A DNA stretch of 60,815 nt, counting the filler, from Sphacelaria rigidula (Eukaryota): NCBI GenBank assembly GCA_964200075.2. It is 8 parts of 8 records of this genome, joined end to end, with 100 filler letters (N's around TTAATTAATTAA, not from the genome) between each part and the next. Parts side by side here need not be neighbours in the genome. Positions count along the whole stretch, not along the records: positions 1 to 7,515 come from CAXNAA020014551.1; positions 7,616 to 15,130 come from CAXNAA020014552.1; 6 more parts are not named here. One strand, given 5' to 3'. The notes under the pieces are model-generated. The model made no database searches, had not been told where the DNA came from, and saw only the letters and a list, made by a program, of their open reading frames with translations. The translations under genes and the position numbers were made by a program. Below, in pieces: positions 1 to 12,795 of this stretch (positions are counted from its first letter, which is position 1; every line of letters starts with the position of its first letter).

Positions 1-335
1 CGCGAAGCGCCGTGGTGTGTGTGGCGAGTCGCATGAAGGGTGAGCTGTATCCTGCTAAGATTGTTCGGCCCGAAGCCCACTGATTACCTTGCATTTGGAT
101 GATAGCCAACAATGAGTTGCTTTATTTTTTGGTGTCACCACTTCCAGAGACAGGAGGGGGAGAGGAACAAGGAAACCCGGTCCCTGCAGGATGGCCGGTC
201 CCTGTAGCATGGCCTCAGTAACCCTTTGCTCTATTCTTTACATTGGGGGTGAAACGACAAATTAAATAAGTTGTATATTGGTGAAAATTGTCTTATGGTC
301 GCCACTTGTTGGGTGTGCATCGTCGACATGTGCAG

Positions 336-2705
336 CACCCTCGGCCCGAAGGATCTGGAGGACGTCTTGAATAGTGTTCGCAGAGCCAACCGGAAGCTGA
401 ACAAACTGTCAATTATGTTCAACAAGACCCAGGCTAAAGGTGTAGGTCGCTTCCTCGCTTCAGACAAGAATGTTAGAGAGGTGAGTATATTGAGGTGAGG
501 GGGTGGAATGCACAAGATGTTTAGTCATGGTCGGTATTATCTTCAAACGCGGTGACCATACATACGTGCAACATGGTCAATACAAGCTTCGTGCGCCCCT
601 CACTGTAGCGAAAACTGAATTGTGTCTACTTTATCTCTCAACACAAGCTACGCTGGCCAATTGCTTTTCACGCCAGCTGAATAGTGCTCCTTTCGCGTCC
701 AGCCAAGTATGCAACGCGCTATTTCACCAGCAGCTTGGTGTCCGCCCCCTCTCTCCCCGCCCCCGCCCCACAAACTAATGTGTCACAAGTTGACGATCCT
801 CTGCGAGAAAATTTCGCAGGAATCCATGCAGAGCATTGCCGATGCTCTGAAAACCAACAGCACGGTCGTCAAAATTTTGCTGGGAGGGAGGGAATTGCGA
901 CGAGAGGCGGCAGAGGCTCTGGGCGGAGTGCTGGAGGCCACACCTTGTCTGCAACAATTGACGTGAGCTTGAGCCTAACAGAAGGGCTGCGCTGTGTGGT
1001 GAGCAGAAAACCAAGCGGTGATAGTTTTTTACTTTTACCGAGAACGGCGTCGCGTTTGTGCGGAATGCGGCACAAATGTTAATTTCCACCAGCATGTGGG
1101 TCACCCAATCAATTATCGTAGATATGATCATGTTGCACCGCCTAGGTTCGAAGACGAAGACGCATAAATGCTGTGTGCTGCAGAATCAAACTGGTTGTGC
1201 TACTACCGCCTCGTGCGTGACACTGTGCAGCTTGTTCAACTGCGGCATCGGCGATGTCGGGTCGAAGTACCTGGCTGCAGGACTCGCCTCCAACAAAACT
1301 CTTCATTTCTTGGAGTGAGTTCTCGTCCGGAGGACGCTCTCTTCCCACATGGCTATGCAGATCGGCAAGAAGAATAGTGGGCAAATATTTAGTCCAGAGA
1401 GGAAAAGGTGCAGATGGTGTCCCACTGAGAGATTCGAAATACCGTAATTGTGCGAGTCATCGCACACCCCCTGGACCGAATTTCAAAGCTCGATTACTCC
1501 ATGGCGAAGAGGGTGCCAACACCAAACGACGCGTTTTCGGACAGCTGTCGACGGGATCTTTCTAGCGTTACCCTTTTCAGAACTGATGCTCTTCTTGTTG
1601 TGGAGTGTTCAAGCTTTGAAATTCGGTCTAGGGGGTGTGCGATGGCTCGCACAATTACGGTATCTAACGCGTAACACTATATGGCTCATCAACATCCAAA
1701 TGCCGCGTGCGTAGAAAAATTTCAGCGCGCCACGAGGCGATCGTTTGGTGCTTAGGTACGCATCTCTTGCGGAAGAGGGTAAGACGTGCTGGGTTGTTGG
1801 CAGAACGCATTCTCCATTTGTTTCTTCATCAAGCTTTTGAGCAGTGCTTCTACTGCATTTGTTTCCCGCGTTTCATGGGTTCCTGCCGACAACTCAGCCT
1901 CGCCTACTGTGGAATTACGGATGAAGGAGCGATCGCGATAGCTCACGGTGTTCAGCAACATCCCTCTCTCACCAGCTTAAAGTACGTGAAATAGCGGGAT
2001 AAAGTATGTCGACAGTTGAATAACATCTGGACATAATGATACCCCGAGAGAAAAGTAGCCGTATGTTTCCCCCAAATTCATTTCGACACCTGATTTCGTG
2101 TATGCGTTTGCATACATTTCGCTTACAGTACAGAGAAAAGGTATGCGCGCTGTCGATTTGCTCTGGTCAGCAGGGTATCGAAGTTTTCTAGATTGCTGGC
2201 AGAATCCTCAGTATGCCTACCGTTTCCGAGTTGGAACACAGGCTATGCATATTTGTATCCAATGGAAAACCTCACCATAAGCACCCCCCCACACACTGCT
2301 TTGGACACAGTGTCAGAAACAACACTATCCGAGCTCAGGGGAGCTCCGCCTTAGCAGAGGTATTGAAGAGTAGCTACGTCATCCTCCGGGAGTTCATGTA
2401 AGTAAATCTTGTCGTGGGCCATACAAGGCTCAACACCGTGTTGATTGTTTTGTTGAATGCGATCGGAGTCTTCACGTGCAAATTGTCGCGCCTGATTTTA
2501 TAGCCCGCGGGATCAATCGTGTGTTAATATAGCGCAATCACGGGCAAAGGTGCTGTTGTCATAGCCATTGTGTAGAAATTTTGGTGGCCTGCATCAACCG
2601 TCAACGATCCCCCTCAAGCAGGCTTGGTGGCAATAAACTACGAGATGCTGGTGCTGAGGCTCTCGCGGATGCGGTCGCCGTCAACACTGCCTTGACTTAT
2701 CTGGA
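336..2705 (+). CDS. Partial spliced gene for an RNI-like/NLRC3-type leucine-rich repeat protein. Exons 336-480, 790-962, 1231-1314, 1898-1981, 2311-2397, 2622-2705; 5' and 3' ends not identified
   Basis: Every exon is flanked by AG and GT(GAG/AAG/ACG) and phases join in frame. Peptides LFNCGIGDVGSKYLAAGLASNKTLHFLE, LAYCGITDEGAIAIAHGVQQHPSLTSLK, VRNNTIRAQGSSALAEVLKSSYVILREF and LGGNKLRDAGAEALADAVAVNTALTYLE fit the 28-aa RI-like LRR consensus. Confidence 0.9.
1442..1660. mobile_element. MITE, Tc1/mariner-pogo-like (TA target duplication), in an LRR gene intron
   Basis: ~60-bp TIRs CCGTAATTGTGCGAGTCATCGCACACCCCCTGGACCGAATTTCAAAGCT... and ...AGCTTTGAAATTCGGTCTAGGGGGTGTGCGATGGCTCGCACAATTACGG, with TA on both flanks. 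Confidence 0.85.
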
Positions 2706-4277
2706 GTGAGTGGATCAGAGACACTGCAAAGACACCTATATCATTGTTATCACTACGACCAGACGAGTGTTTTGTACGGTCAAGTTGAAACGCATGTACA
2801 CTGCCATGGACAGCGATGGCATACCTACTCTGTATCTTGATAATGATCGGAAAAGGAGTGTGAACGCGGATATGAGTTCGTAGTGACGGAGGTAAAAATC
2901 CAGCTTTTGTTGTTGAAAGCGAGTGTCTGGGGGGGGGCGCGCTCGCCTCAGCGACGGGTGCAGCACGATAACGTGGGTGTCGAAACGCACCGGACTCGGA
3001 CACGACTGTTTACACCGTCCATTGGATGGGGCGCAAATGACCTGATGGGACACAAGCGGAGTTTGTGACGAAATCACGTCGTCACGTGTAGTATACAGTG
3101 ATGATTGGATGATGACTTGGGATCTGTAGGGGTGATATGAATGATGACATGGACACGGGGGTGATACCCTGATGTGGTATATGGAGCCGCCTGGGTGGCA
3201 CTCCAGGATAATAAAAGGTGTTGCGAAGGCTAACAACTGAAACCTGAGGCCAATGGAACTGGGGAGTCCCTCAACAGCATTCGACGCTGCAGTACTAGCA
3301 ACCTGCTGGCGTCACAAGTTCAAAGTCCCGACTCCGAGCGATGCACCTCAACAACAACACCGTAATGATTATCAACCTTGGTTTCGCACCCTCATCTCGT
3401 TCGTATCGTCGGTGCCGACAGCTTGGGAGCAAACGAGATCAACGACGAAGGCGGACTTGCTCTTGCGGAAGCCCTTGCCCAAAATGTTTGTCTCCGGCAT
3501 CTCAAGTGAGTGCGGACAGGTTCCTACCGGTTGACGAAAAAAAGCAGCGTCGTCTTAACTCTGCAGACGAATTGAACGTAAGCAGGTGACGAACTACTGC
3601 TACACTGCTTGTGTGCTGACATTCAAGAATACAACTGATTTGTGCTCGACACCTACATCACGGTCAACACACAATTCCCGTGTTACCCCGCGATGCGAGT
3701 ACTCGCGCAGAACAACCTTCACTAGTCGCTGAATGATTCCGTGTACCCTTCCACACTTTCCCCCCCCCACGAAGCAGCAATGGAGAGGAGAATGAAGAGA
3801 CTCTCCACTTCCCAGTCTATCTTTGTAAGGGCACTGAAAGATTCTTGCCCCGCTGGGCGTTTGCACTGAAATGAAGCCACAATAGCTGACTTTGAGGTTT
3901 TGCGTTGTCGGCTTCATACATTCAACTCGTTTGTGACCCTCCAATTTGTGCGATAAGTCTCCGGAGGAACGCGATTGGACCGGAAATATGCGAACGCGTT
4001 CGTGCCGGATGGAACAAGCGGAATGCTAAGGACAGCACGCTCTGGGGCCAACCATGGCACGATGGCCTCTCGCTACCTCAGTGAGACGAGGCCACCAAAG
4101 ACTGACTGGCGGCAGCTTGTGGACGCCTGTTTTGCTGTGGCTCACGAACCGGTCGTTACAGGAAGTGATTGCCACAAGCTGAAGTCGATCAATTCGACGT
4201 TGTGGTATTCACACCAGGTTCCGCATGCGTAAAAGTCTATAAAAAATAATGGAAAACATGTCAGGTGACGGTCTGAG

Positions 4278-4278
<1 letters not shown>

Positions 4279-4320
<42 letters not shown>
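4279..4320 (+). repeat. (CAA)14 microsatellite
   Basis: Direct reading. Confidence 0.95.
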
Positions 4321-7300
4321 GAGGGTAAAGGGGCTTCAGCTCTGAGAGTATGGAACCCGACCAAGCACGAACGTGAGGAGTTGTGTAACGATTACCGGTT
4401 CAAAATACCTTTGATGAAGATGGGGGGGGATACAGATGTATTCACCACTAAAGGTCATGAAAAGTTTGTTTTGGCAGTGTAGGTCATGGGTGTCTCATGC
4501 CACTGCGACGAAATTGGGGTCTACATGTCGCATTTGATGAACGCAAACAACAACGCCATCTGCCCATGTTCCTCTTGGGTAGGAGAAGTCGATCGGCCAT
4601 ACTTCTTTTCAGCCCACACAACTGTTGAAACACCGTTCTCGACGACGCTACTCCAGTTTTTATGTTCACGCTGCCTCTCTCTCAGCATGAACACATTAGT
4701 GGGCCTCCACAACGGAACATCGCCGAGCCCCTAAAACGCTTTCTCTGTCGACTCGTACGTCTCGTACGTCTCCGGGTCGAACCAGTTTGGCATCGAGTTT
4801 GATGTCGTCCACTGCGGGTGAAGCCAGAGTGACGCAAGTAAATTATAGAGCAATCAACCGAAAGGAGCAGCAGGCGGGGAAGAATTTAGTAGCAACACAA
4901 TTGGAATTTCACAGCTTGTCGACAGTTTCAGGCATTTCCTGGACCCACCCCAGGCTCGGCGCGGTGACATCGAAAACGCCACACACGAACCGCTTGCGGT
5001 AACTAAACCAAAGCTTAACATTAAATGCCGGGAGGGCGCGGCTAAAGATTACTCGAAGAAGCGTACCATATGTTGCGACGAGCCCCCCACTCAACTTGTG
5101 GATCACAATATAGGCCAACAGCACTATAGCGACCTTTTTTGGTGTATTTACGAATCTTGTCTCACAGCGAAGGGATGGACAGTGACACCTTGTGTACTCC
5201 ACTGCTCTTTGGCACAGCCTTCAACGTTTCAATGCCCATCGAGGACTGGCTTGTGGTTGGGGTTTGCGATTCTGGTAGCGACATTCCCTTGACGGTGAGG
5301 AAGCGTTTACGTCTTGTCACAAGCTGGGCAATTGACCCTGCATTAGTCGCGAACACAAACCCTCGCCTGGTTTATGTCGTCATCGCCGAAATGGAGGCTG
5401 GAGTAGCGAGGATCCTGTTTTGTCCTCGCGTTGAATCCAGGCTCCATTTTACTCGTGGCCTCCACGATCTCCTTCATCGAATCGTGCTGGGTTGTCGTCA
5501 ACGTCTGCACATAAGGGAAAGGTAGGCTTGGGAAGCGTATGGAAGGGTATTGCAGCGCACAGATAGAATGAATCTAAAGCCGAAGGTGATCACGTGGAGG
5601 CAGGGCCCGGAGCGAGGCAGCAGCAACTAAAGTGCACACTCCCGAGGGGTTCACGGTGATACAAGAGAACAGCTCCGCAGGTTACACAGAAACCGGAAAA
5701 CAGAAACAACACCCAGTTTGTTGACCACACACAACCTCTAAGAGGCCAAACACCTACAGACGTCCGATACAACATGCGTCTGGCTGTAGTAACCCCTGAA
5801 AAAAAACAGCTTCTTATTATGGGCTGTGCTCTTTACGTGTACTGCGAAGAACGCACCTTGATCCGTGCATCCCCGAGTACAAGGTTAGATTTTCGGATGC
5901 CGCGCACAATATCAGGATTGGCTTCAGAGTGGGCCTCGCGCAGTCGATTTGTGAGGTCGGGCATCGCGTTGCTGCTCTCGTAACAGGTGCAATCTTCTTC
6001 GCCGTCACCTAGTGTTCGTGTTGTCCTACCAGCTGAATGTAGGAAAGGAGAGGAACAGTCACGGGCGCCGATTCAGGACCCACTCGAAGCAACGACCGAA
6101 AAACACTCGGGCTGGCTGGTCTTTTCAGCATCTCAATACTTTCGCCTCATAATCAACTCTTCAGGAACCACCAGCCGTTGAACATGCTGGCTGATCCGGG
6201 GAAAGAAATATTTTCTGAGACTAGCGAGATGAAACACCGGTCCAAGGAGTTGAGCAGCTTGTGACTACACCAACACTCTTGCTTCCCACATCGTCGTCGT
6301 GCAAAACAACACACATCACCATCGAGTGCCCTTGGCTTTTTGTGGTGTCGCGCTCAACTAAAGTCATTGTCTCACACTGTACAAGTAGACTTGCGGTGTG
6401 CATGTTCTGATGGTCAATCACGAAGAACCAATGTATCCACCGTGCGTGGCCCACCTTCTTCAAGTGTGCGGCTGCACTGAGTCTACTCCTCCAGCGCTTT
6501 GTCATGATCTTGACGTCCTTCACACGGGCGCGAAATATAGTGGCTGACCCACATTTGTTTCATACGAGTAAAGAGCTTCATTGCGTCGTATCGACGGGTC
6601 GCATAAACCATTACTGCATGTACGCTACACGATGCTAGCAGCGCGATGCCATCTCGCCTCTCCGTCTCACATGGACTGGGCTCTCTATCAGCTGCTGCAC
6701 TCGCCGTTTCGAAGTTTGTCATGCAGGGCGCGATTGCTCTTGAAGATCTCTGCGGATGCTTCGTGATCGGGAATCGGCAATCCATCTCTTGCCATAGACG
6801 TCTTATGTTGGGATCCCGGATGCAACGATCCCATCTTCAAGCTGCCCGCACAATATTGCATTTCCCAGCGATACGCACAGAAGATATCTTACGAGAAGGG
6901 ACGAGCTTCTGTGGAGACGTCCAACGTTCGTCGTTCGCTAGCACAGCTATATTTTTCAGTGTACCCTTGAACTTGAATGCCTCCCTTGTACATCGCTGTT
7001 TGCTACTGGGACGGTGGGATCTACGATGTGCGCGGCATAGACAGCCTGCGCATCCTTCCAGTGCAAAAATACTGCTTACCTGGAGGTCTTGATAAATTCC
7101 GCCGTCTTCGTGCTTAGAGCCCCTCGATACCGGGAGAGCTCACCGGTTGGGCACGGCATGACACTAGACGACCCCCACTCGGTATTGTCGTCCCCCAGCA
7201 CGATCTGGGCGGTTTGTAACGCTGGGAATCGACGGGAGCAACCAACACATACCGGTATGCCTGAAATTCGTTCTTAGTCGTGGTTGGGTTGCATTATGGT

Positions 7301-7515
7301 ATATGCTCGATCTTCATTCGTGTTAAGCAACAATGACGAAATAGTCAGTCGAGCCTACAGTAGTACCAAGGGTACCGGAATCGTAAAGTTGAAAAAGCCG
7401 CAGGGTTCGTAAAGCTGACATCTGATGTTTCTTTCATGGGGGAGGGGAACGGTTCTCGGACGGGGGGGGGGGGGGGGGGGGGCTGTAATTTTTTGCCGGG
7501 TTTTTAATACTATTT

Positions 7516-7615
7516 NNNNNNNNNNNNNNNNNNNNNNNNNNNNNNNNNNNNNNNNNNNNTTAATTAATTAANNNNNNNNNNNNNNNNNNNNNNNNNNNNN
7601 NNNNNNNNNNNNNNN
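7516..7615. other. Artificial contig spacer N44-TTAATTAATTAA-N44
   Basis: Identical 100-bp spacer repeated every 7614-7615 bp; the 12-mer has stops in all six frames. Confidence 0.97.
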
Positions 7616-8499
7616 TACCGGTGGTCACGTATCGAACGTATCATGGCCAAACTGATACACTTTCCTCCGTAGTACAGGGTAGCACGCTCTTGCGCCCAAA
7701 CCTGCAACTGCAGTCGGTCGCCTGCGCACTGCCCGGCAGAGTCTCCACAAAACAAAACAAGATTCTACGCAAGTGCCGACGACTGAATACTAATCATAAC
7801 CTGAGGGATCGGCGCAGAGGGTTAAGATCTGCTCACTACAGCACGGAACTCTTCACCAAACAGTGCTTATGTTGACAGCATGATCACGCCCAAATTTTCG
7901 CCCTCTACTTGAACCATCACCCGCCACCGACAGTCTGTACTAAGCGGAGGGTTCGCGCCGCAAAGGTTGAGAAAAAAAATCACCACCGGTGTGCGAAAAT
8001 GGACACAGCGGAGCACGCATGCTACCAAAGGGTGGGGATGCAAAGTACAAGCCCACTTGCCTGTTCCTATGATGCTTCAAATCCACAATACTTCAACGCT
8101 TCCCCCCGCCGATCCCGTTTGTGGTCCGGCTCGGCCTTCTCGGCACTCGTAGAGGGTGTCGGCCGCCCGTGGGGGAACAGGTGCTGAACCATCGTGCGGA
8201 GTGTTGAGTGCAGACATGCAGACACCACGGCGGATTCCTTCGCGCAGGCTGACGAATTCGACGGACGTGGCGTACAAACGGAGGATTACACAATAACCAG
8301 GCTCGGACGGCACAGGGCCTGTGACGAAAATACGCCGGCGTCACAGGCCTCTGCACACTCGGGCCGCGGGTGACATGTAACGTTTACGGCGCCGTGTGTT
8401 GAGGACATGCGTAGGATGCTACAAGCAGAGTCGGCGATGGTGCGGTCCGCATTTGATTCGTCCGGTTGGTCGTAGGACGCCGAACGACACCGGACACGG

Positions 8500-8700
8500 C
8501 AGTACAGTGCAGTACAGTAGGGTAGAGTACGGTAGAATACGGTAGAGTAGAGTAGAGTAGAGTAGAGTACAGTAGAGCAGAGTAGAGCAGAGTACAGTAG
8601 TGTAGAGTACAGTAGAGTACGATACAGTACACTAAACTACAGTAGTACTGTAGTGTATCGTACTGTACTGTACAGTACGGTAAGGTGCCGGACAGTACAA
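8500..8700. repeat. Degenerate pentamer simple repeat (CAGTA/TAGAG)n; similar tracts near 14120-14160, 14840-14935 and 47380-47620
   Basis: Direct reading. Confidence 0.85.
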
Positions 8701-10183
8701 TATAAACGGACATGTCGGCCCCAACAAATACAAAAGATGCGCGATACAGCAAGCGCACATACTTGACGATGCTCAGTCCACTAGCCCATCAAGTGTGAAA
8801 GAATGATGCCGTCGCTATTCAGCACGATTGTACGCCGCGAAGGGGCGACACTTCTCTCATGTGCGAACAAGAGATAACGGGGTCTCGTTTCACCGTCTGG
8901 CAGGGTCGTGGATCATGCGGCAAGATTCTGGAGGGGTTGGGGCCAAGCTTACACGCTGTTCTCGACACTGGACTGGTCGATTGACCCCAAATTTTGCATA
9001 GCACCGGAAAACTATATGATAGACGCGACGACGCAGGCGCTGCAGGGGATACATCAAAGGGTCTCGGACGCACTCGTTTCTTGGCGAGGGCATGCGGGTG
9101 CCGACTGCTGCCTGTAAAGTGCACACCTGCCACTGGGAACATCGACCTTGCCACTCACCGGATGAAACGAGGTGATTCTACTTGCTCAGATGCTCGCACA
9201 TGTAGTGAAGTTGGCTCTCCTCACTCCTTGTGGTCCTTTGTCGGCTGTAACTACTGTGCTGGCGGCTGCAGTGGGTGACACCCATCGGCCGAACTGTTGC
9301 TCATGCCCCGTACAATTTGTCATGCTCTAGCTCCAAAAACGCGAGTACGTGCGATCACAGCTTTGATATTTATTTTTACTTTCATCGAAGTATTTGTATA
9401 GGAGAAACAAGTACTCACCCTATGCTAGAGTCATACCCTTTGAATCGGTAATACTTCCAAAAGTCAAAACAAAGTGGGCGTCCGAAAAAGTCGTGAATGG
9501 CGGCGATATCCTCTCGGGAAAAACGTATCGCAAGACTGTCCGAGGTGGAACAATCCGTGATGCCCCGTGCTACTACTACTGTACTCCCGCGAAAACTAGC
9601 GCTGAATCGCCAACATTTTGTTTCATACTCTTTTTTTCCCATTGAGTAGTTGTTTCCCATCGAACTGTCGTGCCGCGATGTCGCGACCAATTTTTGCCGC
9701 ACATCACCCACATACCGATACATTGAGCTCTTCTGCACCGAGTGTTTCTTCAGCGCCGAAAGGCGGTGTGCGCGTCTCAGCAGTACCAACTACCCAGACA
9801 AAAAACGGCCAAAAACATGTGCAGGGGAAGACACCACCAAGCTGAAATATCGGACAGCATCCGCTCCATCTTATGCCGTCGTGATGGGCAATAAATAGCT
9901 AATGCAGTACATATGTTTCCCATATTCAGGGCTTTCATTCAAGCTATAGATCGTTGGTGAAATCCTGGTATACCAAGAGATATGTCCCCATATTATCGGC
10001 TCCAAATCACAGCTGTTTGGATTTTTTGCTGTTCGAAACGCAAAAAATGACCACAGTTTACGTAATTTAATTCAATGCGTTTAATTAATTCAATGCAGAG
10101 GTTATACCCTACGGAGTCCAGACTCGTCGTGGCTGTAAATAGACACCGTATTGGTTAGGCGTTACGCGGCAAGCGGTGCACAG

Positions 10184-10285
10184 GTGGAGAAGCCGACACG
10201 GTCTTGTCGATGGGAGGTCCAGGAAAATTCCTCGGTTTTGCAGCCCAGCACAGCGCGGAAGGTGCAGTTGAAGACACTATTACAG
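10184..10285 (+). other. Candidate isolated coding exon (GEADTVLSMGGPGKFLGFAAQHSAEGAVEDTIT), gene unknown
   Basis: CAG acceptor, strong CAG/GTGAGT donor, 102 nt, open in phase 1. No family recognised. Confidence 0.35.
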
Positions 10286-11023
10286 GTGAGTACAATCCAA
10301 TTACTGAGCATGGTTATGCGGAGAGACAGCGTTGCTGGCGGTCGTTGCGAAGCGTCTGGCATTCAGGGTGGGCGTGTTTCTGGCCGAAACTGTTCCAGAC
10401 ACTGCGAAGAAGTGCGGCCACGTTCTCCTGACTGTAATATAGTGTTGCACCTACTGTGCAGACTCAAAACTAGGCTGGCGCTTTGTGTCCTTTACTACAG
10501 TAACTATTCTACGCCAATATTGCCAGATGTGAGCGTTTCACACCGTTACTACAGGGGCGATATTCTCATCCGTATGTTGTACGCAGAACAAAACAGGTGG
10601 GCCGACGTCTCGGTTTGAATTGATATTTGCTTGTGCTATACTACAAACAGTGAAATGTACTGTACTTACTACATGTCGATTAGCGGTATATACGGTACAG
10701 TCAAGCTACAGTATAATAGTAGATCACGAGCTGGATTGCTGCAGTCAGTTACGAGATGATCGGCTCGTTGTGTTGGTGTGGTTGCGTTTAGTGTGTATGT
10801 TTATGTGCGTACGTTTTTGTTGTTATTGCTGCTGTTGGTGTCGCTGTCCCCTCTCTTCCCTGTATGTGCTTTTGCTTCTGTGCTTATTTCTTATCCTGCC
10901 CTTTTTGTTGTTGCTCCTGACCACGGGCTGGATTGTTGCAATCAGCCAATAATGTGAGATGATCAGTAGCGCGTGAACATCATGAACGATCTCCACGAGT
11001 GTGATCAGGTGATACCGCGCCCC

Positions 11024-11388
11024 CGTGTGAGTGTGTTGTCATCCCACCTATTCTGGACGCCAGCGTACACTTTTCGTTATATGTGCGCACATCAGCCGGG
11101 GTCACACAGGATGCCAACACAGGACTTCAATTTGGACCATGTTGTTGTACTGTAGTACTCCACCTTCCTTCTGCGGTACTTGCTATACTTTTTTATCGCG
11201 GAAGGGGTTCAGCAGTACCTTTCCCTCGTCGACCGCGAAGTCGAACTTTGTGTACCCACGACATCGTCGCTCACCTCTGTTGGTCATTGTGAGAAATCCC
11301 AGGTCGTGTGACTGCACCGAGATTCGAATCCACGACCCAACCGTCGGAAGGTTTCGAGATTGCCGACTGAGTCACCGGGGCAACGGGC
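11024..11388 (-). mobile_element. tRNA-derived SINE, family A, apparently full length
   Basis: Minus-strand head GCCCCGGTGACTCAGTCGG (A box) ... GGATTCGAATCTCGG (B box), CA-rich tail; homologous copies at 12571-12795 and 57907-58270. Confidence 0.8.
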
Positions 11389-11984
11389 TGCGTGGACTGG
11401 ATATAACGTTACTGTGAAGGTCGTGAGCTAATGCCTGCATTTTGCTTGTTTCGTGCCATGTAAGCGCTTTCACCCCCTAGGCCTCCAGGACCGCCATCGA
11501 TGAGCCGACATCTTGACTTGGACAAAAAAACAGATGCATGCCACAACTGGTTGATTTGCGGCAACGATCAAGAAGGAATTTCCGCGGAAAACTCTCCGCA
11601 CGCACGATGCCTCACATCATCCTGAACACACGTGACAATCAACAGCCCGCACAGCACAACAGAGGCCAGTCTCAAGACATACTCGGGCGAAGTGGGTGCA
11701 AAGGTTTTCTATTGATGGGCAAAGTATGGTGTCGTTGGGGGTCAAATCGGGGCGGCGCCGGTTCAAACGATTTTTCATGGTGGTCACCAATCTCGACCTG
11801 TACGCAGATGGAGGAACTCATACCGGGAAACGCTTACGAGAATCATGACCCCCAACGTGGCGTTGGCAGACCTCAAAACGGCCGATTTCGACGAAAAAGC
11901 GTCCTGCGCACGCGAGGGGCAGTTGGGGCTGTCAGCCCCGCTAAAGATCCGAATATCGATGTTTACCCTTAAATCATTTAATGA

Positions 11985-12428
11985 AATTCCAGGAAGGTTC
12001 TACTCGACCAAGTGTTTTTTTTTTCCTCACACTCTGAACCCCTCCCCTTCCTCGGGATGAGTCCGTGGTCTCAAGGGGCCAACCGATTAATAAAATTCCA
12101 GGAAGGTTCTAATCGACCAAGTGTTTCATTTTTTTCTCACACTCTAAACCTTTCCCCTTCCTCGGGATGAGCCCGTGCTCTCAAGGGGTCAACCGGTGGC
12201 TCCCCCGGTACGTGCCTTTCATTTTGATCTCGCGGATTAGGCCAGCACTTCCGCACCGCGTCAACTCACGTCACACAAACGCAGTCGACTACTTTGTGTA
12301 CTCACGTTTTCACGCTTTCCACGGTGGAAATCATATTACGAAGAAGAAACGCAACACATCGGTAATCGAACCCCCGTTCTATCCACCCTAATGGCGACAG
12401 TCGGACCATTACACTACCGGGGCGCGGC
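11985..12428 (-). mobile_element. tRNA-derived SINE-like element, family B, with a tandemly duplicated ~110-bp 3' segment
   Basis: Minus-strand head GCCCCGGTAGTGTAATGGTC ... GGGGGTTCGATTACC. The block AAATTCCAGGAAGGTTCTA...CTCAAGGGG(T)CAACCG occurs twice (~11985-12085 and ~12093-12195). Confidence 0.6.
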
Positions 12429-12570
12429 AGTTAATAAACACTCATAGATCGAGAAACCTCAAATCGGGATGTAACGATTTAAGAACGGTTTTCCCCCAAT
12501 CCGAGCCCAGATTGGGGGAAAATCGAGGTCCCCCCAGTCTGCGGGAAGGTGATACGGGTATACGCACAAC

Positions 12571-12795
12571 AGTGTGTGTTATCCTATCTATTTTGGACGC
12601 CGGTCTACACATTTCGGTATACGTGAGCGCACCAGCCGGGGTCACACAGGAGGAAGGCCAACAAAGGAGTTTTGCTTTTTTGTGTTTGTTCTAGTTCTCC
12701 ACCTTCCTTCTGCGGTGCTTGCACTTCTTTTTTAACGCCAGAGGGGTTTAGCAGTCCCTTTTCCTCGTCGATCATAAGTCGAGTTTTGACGTACG
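12571..12795 (-). mobile_element. SINE family A, 5'-truncated copy without the tRNA head
   Basis: Shares TGGACGCC, CAGCCGGGGTCACACAGGA, CTCCACCTTCCTTCTGCGGT and CCTCGTCGA with the other two copies. Confidence 0.75.

Noticed and set aside
3250-7300. Many 60-150-aa ORFs after the LRR exons
   Set aside because: No recognisable domain and no consistent splice chain; may be decayed sequence but cannot be supported
7560-7571. Regularly spaced TTAATTAATTAA as a biological repeat or piggyBac target
   Set aside because: Always centred in exactly 44+44 N; it is a synthetic linker
11350-11358. SINE A RNA contains CTCGAAACC, complementary to the Copia 1 PBS, suggesting SINE-primed reverse transcription
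   Set aside because: Only 9 nt, which is expected by chance in 60 kb, and it is internal to the SINE head
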